This document shows, piece by piece, positions 1 to 7,691 of a stretch of 35,798 nucleotides of DNA (position 1 is its first letter; the number at the start of each line of letters is the position of its first letter). Under the pieces are notes generated by a model. The model was not told the origin of the DNA. It did no database searches and worked only from the letters and a program-made list of their open reading frames with translations. Made by a program: the position numbers and the translations under genes. Source of the stretch: a virus (Duplodnaviria; Caudoviricetes); the IMG/VR virus record IMGVR_UViG_3300024251_000025, positions 1 to 35,798 of that record, one strand, 5' to 3'.

Positions 1-297
1 GTAGTCCTCATCGCCCACTCCCACCGAGACCAGATGGTCGAGGCCGGAGGCAATAAGCAGGACATCATCGAGGTGGCAGTGTTCGGCAAGAACCTCCCCT
101 CCAAGGTCCCCGCCTACTTTGATGAGGTACTATTCAGCAAGGTCGTCGAGGAAGGAGGTGGCAAACGAGACTTCGTCCTCCAGACCCAACCGACGAGCAT
201 AGTCCAGGCTCGCACGCGGTCCCAGATACCGGATAGATACTCCATGCGTGGAGGTTTACCCTCCCTTCTCGAAACCTATTACTCTTACAAAATCTAA
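1..297 (+). CDS. AAA_24/Sak4-like ATPase (single-strand annealing recombinase), 5'-truncated
   Basis: Frame is open from base 1 (VVLIAHSHRDQMVE...). The vvliAH and 'G.nLps.vpayFDEV' pattern is typical of the AAA_24/Sak4 C-terminal half. It lies directly upstream of an SSB-like gene. Confidence 0.7.
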   Translation, partial: VVLIAHSHRDQMVEAGGNKQDIIEVAVFGKNLPSKVPAYFDEVLFSKVVEEGGGKRDFVLQTQPTSIVQARTRSQIPDRYSMRGGLPSLLETYYSYKI

Positions 298-331
298 CAC
301 CTTAACTAACTACACCTTAACCTAACACAAC
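272..331 (+). promoter_or_regulatory. G-free unstructured leader upstream of the SSB gene, with an ACACCTTAAC direct repeat
   Basis: No G from 272 to 331. ACACCTTAAC occurs at 297-306 and 312-321, followed by a GAAAGG SD and ATG at 345. Confidence 0.45.
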
Positions 332-344
332 GAAAGGCTACACA

Positions 345-770
345 ATGGCAGGTTCACTTATCACAATCGGTGCAGAAGTCCCTGATGAAATCCCTCCCGT
401 GGGCTCGGGTATCCGCACCCTCACCGTGTCCTTCCCCCCGAAGGTCGTCCCCGTGAAGCGGAATGGGGTGGAAGTCCCAGGTTCCTCCCAGCTCCAGGTC
501 GCCTTCAAGGTGGACGAGCCGGATAACCTCGATCACAATCGTCCGGTCTACGATACCTTCGATCTCTCGAACCTCCAGGACAAGGTCCGCCTGAAACAGT
601 GCAACCGAGCCCTGGGCGTCAAGATGGACCCGAAGGATAACTCCTTCAGCCCCGAGGAGATGCAGGGCCGCACCTGCAAGGCCGTGGTCACCCCGAACTC
701 CTGGACGGATAAGACCACCGGGAAGCTTCGGACCAACTCCAAGATCTCGGAGTACCAAGTCCCCGCCTAA
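345..770 (+). CDS. DUF669-like single-stranded DNA-binding protein
   Basis: 141 aa with an OB-fold-like pattern (LQVAFKV...VYDTF...RLKQCNRALG...EMQGRTCKAVV...NSKISEY). It follows a Sak4-like gene, the usual pairing, and has an SD. Confidence 0.7.
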   Translation: MAGSLITIGAEVPDEIPPVGSGIRTLTVSFPPKVVPVKRNGVEVPGSSQLQVAFKVDEPDNLDHNRPVYDTFDLSNLQDKVRLKQCNRALGVKMDPKDNSFSPEEMQGRTCKAVVTPNSWTDKTTGKLRTNSKISEYQVPA

Positions 771-785
771 TCCAGCCCCTACCTA

Positions 786-821
786 GGTGGGGAGGGTCCT
801 TCCAGTCCAACCCTCCCCACC
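786..821 (+). promoter_or_regulatory. 12-bp perfect stem-loop after the SSB gene
   Basis: GGTGGGGAGGGT (786-797) pairs with ACCCTCCCCACC (810-821) around a 12-nt loop. There is no U-tract. Confidence 0.6.
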
Positions 822-835
822 GCCCTGGAGGTCCC

Positions 836-1024
836 GTGTCAGAAAAAGGCAACAAACCCGACTACGACCTATCCGTCAAGAACAAGGCGACCGAGGAAAG
901 CTGTCGAGTGGGAGCCGGGTGGCTGAACCCTGGTGGCTCGATCTCAATCAGACTCAACCTGCTCACAGTCCTGACCTCGGATCGTGAGGTCCTAATCACG
1001 CTCTTTCCAAAGAACAAGGAGTAG
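836..1024 (+). CDS. small hypothetical protein, DUF736-like beta-fold (vGaGW motif)
   Basis: GTG start after a GGAGG SD. KPDYDL...RVGAGWLNPGGSISIRL pattern. Confidence 0.6.
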   Translation: MSEKGNKPDYDLSVKNKATEESCRVGAGWLNPGGSISIRLNLLTVLTSDREVLITLFPKNKE

Positions 1025-1025
1025 A

Positions 1026-1076
1026 ATGGAAACCCCCACCCGCGTCCTCGACGCCCTTAGGTATACTTTACTGTAA
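1026..1076 (+). pseudogene. 16-aa micro-ORF, a relic copy of the 5' end of the ParB-MTase gene
   Basis: AAGGAG SD then ATG at 1026 encoding METPTRVLDALRYTLL*. It resembles MDTTKPTLDAPK at 1546, and CCTCGACGCCC lies at the same +20 offset in both. Confidence 0.5.
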
Positions 1077-1085
1077 AGGTGATTT

Positions 1086-1559
1086 ATGAGTATCGAAGGT
1101 TGGTACTATCTGCACACAAACGGAGACCTAATCTACAAGCGAGAGCTCGGCGACACTGTTGCTGACCTTCGTGAGAGCGACTTTGTCAGAGCAATCTGGC
1201 CATTTGACCCTGAGAATCGAGAGTCGCTCTGGAACCTTCTCGTTGAGTCATTTGCTCTGGGTGTGGCCCCGCAACGGGTTCACGACCTTGCAGCCAAGTG
1301 GGGCTGTGACAATGACGATGCAGTCATCTACGCCGACAGAATTAACTGCACCCTTGAAATGGACGGAGCGTCCTGGTGTGCTACACGCCTCGACTTCATC
1401 AACCTCCAGGAGAGTGTAGCCGCCTTTGGAGACTCAGCACTTATAGCTATGGGAGAGCTCTGCAAAGCACTTGGATTTCGCCCCAGTAAACTGTGGGGTG
1501 CTCACTTCAAGGACCTACTTACAAGCACAGAGGTAAAGCAATCTAATGGACACCACTAA
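1086..1559 (+). CDS. hypothetical phage protein
   Basis: 157-aa ORF with an AAAGGTG SD (GWYYLHTNGDLIYK...). It overlaps the start of the next gene. Confidence 0.75.
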   Translation: MSIEGWYYLHTNGDLIYKRELGDTVADLRESDFVRAIWPFDPENRESLWNLLVESFALGVAPQRVHDLAAKWGCDNDDAVIYADRINCTLEMDGASWCATRLDFINLQESVAAFGDSALIAMGELCKALGFRPSKLWGAHFKDLLTSTEVKQSNGHH

Positions 1560-2880
1560 ACCCACCCTCGACGCCCCCAAGGTCCCCGTCCACTCAATCC
1601 CGCTGGTCGAGATCAAGGTGGACAAGACTAGGGGTCGGAAGGACTTCAAGAACATACAGGAGCTTGCAGATGACATCAAGAAGAATGGGCTTCACCACCC
1701 GTGTCTTGTATCTAGACAAGGAGATGGAACATACCTGCTTGTCGCTGGAGAACGACGACTTCGTGCTCATTACGTCGCGGGACTCACCCATATCGACGCA
1801 CGGTTTAGAGAGGACCTTACTCCTCTTCAAGAGAAAGAAATCGAGCTCGGGGAGAACATCAACAGGCAAGACCTCACGCCACTTGAAAAAGCCGACCTCT
1901 ACCGGCAGATAGATGAGCTGAAGAAGAAGCTATACGGTCAGGGTGGCCCCGGTCAGAAAGCCGGTTGGACCACCAAGCAGACCGCGGAGTATGTTGGGGA
2001 GGACCCCTCCCGAGTCCGCAAGCAGATCGAGGTGAGTAGGAAGCTCGCGGCCAGGCCCGACCTGGTCAAGCGTATGGAGAACCTCCCGATCAATAAGATT
2101 CTCGACGAGCTAGCCAAGGTCGAGCGGTCCGAGCAGGTGGCGGATCAGATTGCCAGGGGGATCATCAAGGTGACACAGACCCTGCTCCTGGGTGATGCCC
2201 TTGAGCTTATTAAGGAGGTCCCCGAGGCCAGCCAGCAACTCATCCTCACCGACCCACCCTTCGGGATACCTACGATCGAGCAGTACCGTGAGGGAGACCG
2301 TGAAGGGAATGTCTCCTACCTCGCCCAGCTCAGGGACTCCGATAACCTGACCCTGGATGGGACCAAGAAGCTGATGCTGGGGCTGGTCCCGGAGCTTTCC
2401 CGGGTCCTCCGCCCCGGCGGCCACTTCTACATCTTCACCTGTTACGAGCTCTATCCCTTCCTCACCACCATCATCCCCCTCCACAGGCTGGCCTTCCAGC
2501 AGGAGCTACTCACATGGTACAAAGGGCGTACCACCTCCCCGTTCCTGGGGTACAGATACGCCCCCTGTTCCGAGCCGATACTGTATGGCTGGAAGCCCCT
2601 CGAATCCGGTGGCAACGGATACGGCCGTCAGCTCAACCAACCCTGCAAGACACTCCTGGAGTACCCACCTCCTTCCATCCGCTCCCACCCGTTTGAAAAA
2701 CCCCAGGACCTCCTAACCTTCCTAATCACCAACTCCACCTTCAAGGGTGAAACCATCCTCGATCCCTTCGCCGGGTCCGGCTCCACCCTCAAAGCAGCCA
2801 GGTCCGCCGGCCGTCAGGCCCTCGGTTTCGAGAAAGACCCGGAGCACTGGAAGCTGGCACAAGGAGAGTTATCCAAATGA
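1546..2880 (+). CDS. ParB/Srx N-terminal domain fused to a beta-class N6A/N4C DNA methyltransferase
   Basis: ParB box LVAGERRLRA and ELGENINRQDLTPLE, then an HTH-like segment. MTase catalytic motif ILTDPPF precedes HPFEKP and the SAM motif ILDPFAGSGST...GFE. Confidence 0.9.
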   Translation: MDTTKPTLDAPKVPVHSIPLVEIKVDKTRGRKDFKNIQELADDIKKNGLHHPCLVSRQGDGTYLLVAGERRLRAHYVAGLTHIDARFREDLTPLQEKEIELGENINRQDLTPLEKADLYRQIDELKKKLYGQGGPGQKAGWTTKQTAEYVGEDPSRVRKQIEVSRKLAARPDLVKRMENLPINKILDELAKVERSEQVADQIARGIIKVTQTLLLGDALELIKEVPEASQQLILTDPPFGIPTIEQYREGDREGNVSYLAQLRDSDNLTLDGTKKLMLGLVPELSRVLRPGGHFYIFTCYELYPFLTTIIPLHRLAFQQELLTWYKGRTTSPFLGYRYAPCSEPILYGWKPLESGGNGYGRQLNQPCKTLLEYPPPSIRSHPFEKPQDLLTFLITNSTFKGETILDPFAGSGSTLKAARSAGRQALGFEKDPEHWKLAQGELSK

Positions 2881-3185
2881 CCGAGACCATAACTACCAAA
2901 CAATGTAAGAGGTGTCGTCTAATCCTTCCAACCACTGACTTTTATAAGGGCCACGCTAAGTGCAAGACCTGTCACACCCTCGTTGGTAAAGAAAGCTGGA
3001 TCGACCATACCTGTGAACTCTGCGGCCAGCCTTACAAAGTAAAACCTTCATGCGTGCGAAATGGCACCACTCACTTCTGTTCCCTCTCCTGTTCCACCAA
3101 AGCCAACCGACTCTCCCGAATCACCAGCGAGATGGCCAAGCTCCTGGGACCCGGTCGGTGGGTCCCAGACAAGGAGTCCAAATGA
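2877..3185 (+). CDS. multi-CxxC zinc-finger protein (HNH/EndoVII-associated fingers, no nuclease domain)
   Basis: CKRC, CKTC, CELC and FCSLSC motifs. ATGA overlaps at both ends. Confidence 0.65.
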   Translation: MTETITTKQCKRCRLILPTTDFYKGHAKCKTCHTLVGKESWIDHTCELCGQPYKVKPSCVRNGTTHFCSLSCSTKANRLSRITSEMAKLLGPGRWVPDKESK

Positions 3186-3439
3186 CCACCCCCAAACGAA
3201 CCTGCGAGCAGTGCGGCCTGCCCGGAGACCTTCACCGGCTCCCTCACGCCCACTTCGTCTGCCGGCCCTGCTTCTCGAAGCGGCCCCTCGCCCTCTCAAT
3301 CCCACACGACCTGGCCAAAGACTTCCTCCGAGCCACCACCCAGGGCGAGCGTCCGAACGAGATCATATCCAATCGGCACGAGGGTGGCTCGATCTCCCAG
3401 ATCCGTTCCCTCGTCGAGGACGCTCTGAGGAGACGCTGA
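3182..3439 (+). CDS. small zinc-finger hypothetical protein
   Basis: AAGGAG SD and ATG at 3182 (MTTPKRTCEQC...VCRPC). Coupled by overlap to both neighbours. Confidence 0.6.
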   Translation: MTTPKRTCEQCGLPGDLHRLPHAHFVCRPCFSKRPLALSIPHDLAKDFLRATTQGERPNEIISNRHEGGSISQIRSLVEDALRRR

Positions 3440-5823
3440 TGCCCACCCCCGTCCCAGGATACGGCCCCCTGGATGCCCGGATAGTCCTTTGTGGCGAAGC
3501 TCCTGGCCACGAAGAGGAGCTCCAGGGCCGTCCCTTCGTGGGGTCCTCCGGCAAGCTCCTCAATGCCATGCTCGCCCAGGCTGGGATAGCCCGGGAATCC
3601 TGCTATATCACCAACGTGGTGAAGGTCAGGCCACCTAACAATGATTTTGGAGTGTTCTATGATGACCCCAGGAGACGAGTACCTAAGGAATTTCTTACAA
3701 ATAGCTGGGGGAGTCTTAGAGAAGAGATTCAGAGGATTAAGCCCAACGTCACGATCGCCCTCGGTGCGGAGGCTCTTCGTGCTCTTACAGGTCGAACTGG
3801 AATCGATAGCTGGAGGGGCTCCATCCTTAGTTCCCCCGTGGGCAAGCTCATCCCCACCTTCCACCCCGCCCGAATACTTCGAGTGTACTCCGAGAAATGT
3901 ATCGCCGAGCTTGACCTGCGAAGGGCCGGGGAAGAAAGTCTCACCTCCACTATACGCCCCCTTGGCCTATCATTCGAGCTCTCGCCCTCAGCCTCCAGGA
4001 TTATCGAGTTTATTAACTCAGTTCTGGAGCGAGCTCGACGAGAGCCCACTAGGGTGGCCTTCGACATCGAAACCACCGGACACCTTTGCCGTTGCATCGC
4101 ACTGGCCGACACCCCCACCCACGCCATGTGCATCCCGTTTATTTCAGGGCGGAGCGGCCTTGACACCTCCGTCCCCGGACGGATCATACTCGATGTAGAT
4201 CACTCGGAGGAACTGAACTCGCATTACTCTCTAGAGGAGGAATATGAAATCCTACGAGCTCTTGATAGACTGTTTCGTGATGAAGAAGTTGAGAAGGTCG
4301 CCCAGAACTTCCCGTTCGACACTACAGTCCTCGCACGTGAATTTGGCTTTGAGGTTAGAGCCCTCACTATGGATACGATGGTGGCCCACCATGCTCTATA
4401 TCCAGAGCTACCGAAAGGTCTCGACTTTCTCACCTCGATCTACACACGAATCCCCTATTACAGTAGTTACGATGCTAGCGTGGATCATGAGACCTGGACA
4501 TACAACTGCTACGATGCCGTGGCTACTTATCGAGTCGCCGGAGCACTGGATAGGGAGCTGGCTGAGGCAGGCCTGGAGGAATTTTACCGGAACCACCTCC
4601 ACCCCACCCTCTTCGCCCTCACCCGCACCCAGAACCGGGGGGTGGTCATCAATCAGGTCCTTCGCCAGGAGATGTCTGAGAAGAATAACCGAGAGCTTGA
4701 GGAGATCGGGACCCGGCTCAAAGCCCTAACCGGCGAGGAGTTCAACCCCCGATCCTGGAAGCAGAAATCCGAGCTATTCTACCACAGGCTTGGTATGCCG
4801 ATCCAGTACAAACCTGGGAAGGAGCGGAAACAAACCACGGACAAGAATGCTATCGCCCAGCTCATTAAAAAGTATCCTCAGCACGCTCCGACCCTCCAGC
4901 TTATCCTCGACTACCAGGAGCGTGCGACCCTGAAATCTACATTTCTGGAAAAGGAGCTCGACCATGAAGGGAGAATCCGTACGTCCTATAACCTCACGGG
5001 TGCGATCACGGGGAGGCTCTCGTCCTCCGAGCCCCTCTGGGAACCTGGAACCAACCTCCAAAATATTCCTATACGCACTGAGACTGGAAGATTGTTTCGC
5101 AGACTGTTCCAGGCTGATCCACTCTTTTCTCTTATTAAGGCGGATCTCTCGCAAGCAGAGTTTAGAATTGTCTGCTGGCTTGCACGAATTGGTCGCATTA
5201 TCCGACGCTATTCAGAGGATGCTGGATTCGATGTCCACCGATGGGTCGCCTCCCTCCTCTTCACCAAGCCCGAGCCCGAGATCATAAAGACCGAGCGTGA
5301 CACGGCCAAGGTTGCGGTCCACGGAGGGAACTACGAGATCGGCCCAGCCAAGCTCGCCTACACCAACAAAAACGTGACCTTCGCCCAGGCTGACTGGGCT
5401 CTAAAACGCTACCGTGAACTCGTCCCCGAAATCCCACTCTGGTGGGAGGAAGTTAAGAGGAACCTGAATGCGACCCGTACTATTCAATCACCCATCGGAC
5501 GAAGGCGGCTGTTTCTGGATCGGCTTGATGACGAACTGTATCGTGCCGCCTATTCCCATTCAGCCCAATCCATTGTCGCAGACATCATTAACCGTGCTTG
5601 GACTTTGTCCGTGGAAACCTTTAACGAGGCCGAATGTTATCCCTGCCTCCAAGTCCACGATGAGCTTGTCTTTCAGTGCCGCACCGAGCTGGTTGCCGGG
5701 TATGCCCGGAGGATACGCACTTTGATGGAGTACCCCCTGGTGTTTCCGGGGGTGGAGCAGCCCTTGGTCATCCCAGCGGATATCTCGTGGGGGCCAAACT
5801 GGCTGGACCAGACCAAAATCTAA
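3439..5823 (+). CDS. polA: family-4-type uracil-DNA glycosylase domain fused to a family A DNA polymerase (3'-5' exonuclease + polymerase)
   Basis: GAGGAG SD and ATG at 3439 overlapping the upstream TGA. UDG motifs GEAPG, PFVGSSG, YITNVVK and TFHPA. Exonuclease motifs FDIET, QNFPFD and YNCYD. Polymerase motifs TGRLSS, ADLSQAE, RDTAK...NY and QVHDEL. Confidence 0.93.
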   Translation: MPTPVPGYGPLDARIVLCGEAPGHEEELQGRPFVGSSGKLLNAMLAQAGIARESCYITNVVKVRPPNNDFGVFYDDPRRRVPKEFLTNSWGSLREEIQRIKPNVTIALGAEALRALTGRTGIDSWRGSILSSPVGKLIPTFHPARILRVYSEKCIAELDLRRAGEESLTSTIRPLGLSFELSPSASRIIEFINSVLERARREPTRVAFDIETTGHLCRCIALADTPTHAMCIPFISGRSGLDTSVPGRIILDVDHSEELNSHYSLEEEYEILRALDRLFRDEEVEKVAQNFPFDTTVLAREFGFEVRALTMDTMVAHHALYPELPKGLDFLTSIYTRIPYYSSYDASVDHETWTYNCYDAVATYRVAGALDRELAEAGLEEFYRNHLHPTLFALTRTQNRGVVINQVLRQEMSEKNNRELEEIGTRLKALTGEEFNPRSWKQKSELFYHRLGMPIQYKPGKERKQTTDKNAIAQLIKKYPQHAPTLQLILDYQERATLKSTFLEKELDHEGRIRTSYNLTGAITGRLSSSEPLWEPGTNLQNIPIRTETGRLFRRLFQADPLFSLIKADLSQAEFRIVCWLARIGRIIRRYSEDAGFDVHRWVASLLFTKPEPEIIKTERDTAKVAVHGGNYEIGPAKLAYTNKNVTFAQADWALKRYRELVPEIPLWWEEVKRNLNATRTIQSPIGRRRLFLDRLDDELYRAAYSHSAQSIVADIINRAWTLSVETFNEAECYPCLQVHDELVFQCRTELVAGYARRIRTLMEYPLVFPGVEQPLVIPADISWGPNWLDQTKI

Positions 5824-5841
5824 CGTGGAAGGAACCCGAAT

Positions 5842-7032
5842 GTGGCTGAAAACTTTCTTAAGGGCTTTGTGGACCTCTGCTCAAACTCAGAGATCCCTCC
5901 AATATTTGCACTTTGGAGTGGCGTGGCTGGCATATCCTGTGCTCTTGGCAGGCGTGTATGGATCGACCTGGGACGATTTTCTGTATATCCTAATATGTAC
6001 ATCCTGCTGGTCGCTGGCTCTGGTCGAATGCGGAAGTCCACGTCTATTGATCAGATCACCCGAATCATCACCAAGCTCGAACCACCCCCGAACCTGATTG
6101 CCCAGAAAATCACCCCGGAGTCCTTTATCCAGGCGATGAGGGGGCCGAGCGACCCCAAGAAGCTCCTGGCAGAAGTCTGCACCGCCTTTGGATTTGCAGA
6201 TGAGATGGCGACGTTTTTGAATAAGGCTAGTTATGAAGCAGGGTTGGCAGCCTTACTTATCACATTCTTTGACTGTAAGGATCGCTTTGAGTATCGAACA
6301 AAGGGAGGCGGGCGAGAAATTCTTGAAAACGTGTGCTTTGGACTCCTTGCTGCCTCAACTCTTGAGTGGGTCCGTTCAGGAATTCCAGAGGAGGCTGTGG
6401 GAGGCGGACTTACGAGTCGAATCATTTTCGTTTATTCTAACTCCCCACCCACCCCCGTCGCGATCCCCACCTTCACCGACCCCGAGCGACTCCTCCTCGA
6501 GGGATTAATCAAGACCCTCCACCTAGTCAGCCGTCTCGACGGTGAGGTCAAGCTAACCCAGGAAGCCTGGGACTACTACAAGGAGATATATGAAAAGTGG
6601 AACACAGAGGGTGGGGAAGGGGACCCTTACTTCGGTAGCCCCCACACCAGCGGGTACGCTTCGAGAATGCACATTCACCTGCTTAAGCTGGGCACAATTT
6701 TCGCCGCCAGTGAACTATCAACCGACGAGGGGAATCATATTCTCGTACGTGCAAACCATCTGGTGGGTGCCAGACAGGCCCTCCGAGGAGCCGAGCAACA
6801 CCTCCAAGTCGTCATGTCCCTCATCACCGCCTCCGACAAAGGTGCCGACCTCCTCACCATCCAGAAAATCATCGAGAAGAGGGGGACGATCCCCCGGAGC
6901 GACCTAACCCGCCTGGTGAGCTCCCGGCTAAACTCCCGAGAGCTTTCGGATATCCTAGACACCCTCACCCACGCGGGAAGGATTCGGTTAGTTAGTGATG
7001 GGAAACAGACATTTATACAGTGGATTGGATAA
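5842..7032 (+). CDS. DUF3987/YfjI-like P-loop ATPase, putative replicative helicase with a C-terminal winged helix
   Basis: YPNMYILLVAGSGRMRKST (Walker A), ITPES, FADEM (Walker B), GGGLTSRIIFV (Arg finger). It follows the polymerase gene. Confidence 0.75.
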   Translation: MAENFLKGFVDLCSNSEIPPIFALWSGVAGISCALGRRVWIDLGRFSVYPNMYILLVAGSGRMRKSTSIDQITRIITKLEPPPNLIAQKITPESFIQAMRGPSDPKKLLAEVCTAFGFADEMATFLNKASYEAGLAALLITFFDCKDRFEYRTKGGGREILENVCFGLLAASTLEWVRSGIPEEAVGGGLTSRIIFVYSNSPPTPVAIPTFTDPERLLLEGLIKTLHLVSRLDGEVKLTQEAWDYYKEIYEKWNTEGGEGDPYFGSPHTSGYASRMHIHLLKLGTIFAASELSTDEGNHILVRANHLVGARQALRGAEQHLQVVMSLITASDKGADLLTIQKIIEKRGTIPRSDLTRLVSSRLNSRELSDILDTLTHAGRIRLVSDGKQTFIQWIG

Positions 7033-7035
7033 GTC

Positions 7036-7212
7036 ATGAGACAAACAAAACTCTGGTTCATTAGTTGGATAATGTACTGTGTCAGCTCTGGGATAGCTCT
7101 TGCTTTCCTCCTTGTATACCTCGACTATCATATGTCAGATCTGACCTTCTGGGTTGCCCTGATCCTGTTAGGCTGTTTCAACACCACTCTCTTTGAGTAT
7201 ATACACACTTGA
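7036..7212 (+). CDS. 58-aa two-TM membrane protein (below the ORF-track cutoff)
   Basis: MRQTKLWFISWIMYCVSSGIALAFLLVYLDYHMSDLTFWVALILLGCFNTTLFEYIHT*. It fills the gap between neighbours exactly. Confidence 0.6.
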   Translation: MRQTKLWFISWIMYCVSSGIALAFLLVYLDYHMSDLTFWVALILLGCFNTTLFEYIHT

Positions 7213-7221
7213 GGACGATCT

Positions 7222-7446
7222 ATGAAAAGCGTAGAGGAATATCCCCAGCACCTGCTAGAGGAACTGAAACACACCCTGGAGTACTACCTCAAGCAGCATC
7301 TTGAGCTAGAGGAGACTCCAGAGTTTATTCTAATTCTAAAGGATCGAGGTGGTAATATCAGGTGCAGAGGCCTGGCAAATACTGATGACCTTACAATTAC
7401 CACCCTGCTAGAGCAGATGACTTTCCTTCTCAAGCATAACAACTAA
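7222..7446 (+). CDS. hypothetical protein
   Basis: GAGGA SD, 74 aa, in operon context. Confidence 0.6.
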   Translation: MKSVEEYPQHLLEELKHTLEYYLKQHLELEETPEFILILKDRGGNIRCRGLANTDDLTITTLLEQMTFLLKHNN

Positions 7447-7484
7447 CAGCAGGACGGCCCAAACCCGTCCTCAGAAAGGCCCCC

Positions 7485-7691
7485 ATGTACCTAGAGGTAT
7501 TCAAAGGAACTGACCGTCAGTGGTATGTCCACCTGAAGAACAAGGGGAACCACCGGGTGCTCCTGACCTCCGAGGGCTACCCATCCTACCGGAATGCCGG
7601 CAGGGCTGCCCTAAAGCTCCAAGAGCGGATCAATGGTGGTGAGTTCGTGATTCTAAAGGTCCGGGTCCCAGGTTCCCTCAGGGACTACTAG
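7485..7691 (+). CDS. DUF1508/YegP-like small protein
   Basis: EVFKGTDRQWYVHLKNKGNHRVLLTSEGY matches the DUF1508 pattern. Its stop overlaps the convergent gene's stop at CTAG (7688-7691). Confidence 0.75.
   Translation: MYLEVFKGTDRQWYVHLKNKGNHRVLLTSEGYPSYRNAGRAALKLQERINGGEFVILKVRVPGSLRDY

Noticed and set aside
3061-3438. 126-aa Pro/Arg-rich N-terminal extension of the polymerase in the ORF track
   Set aside because: It overlaps two better genes. The SD, the TGATG coupling and the start of the UDG domain all point to ATG 3439.
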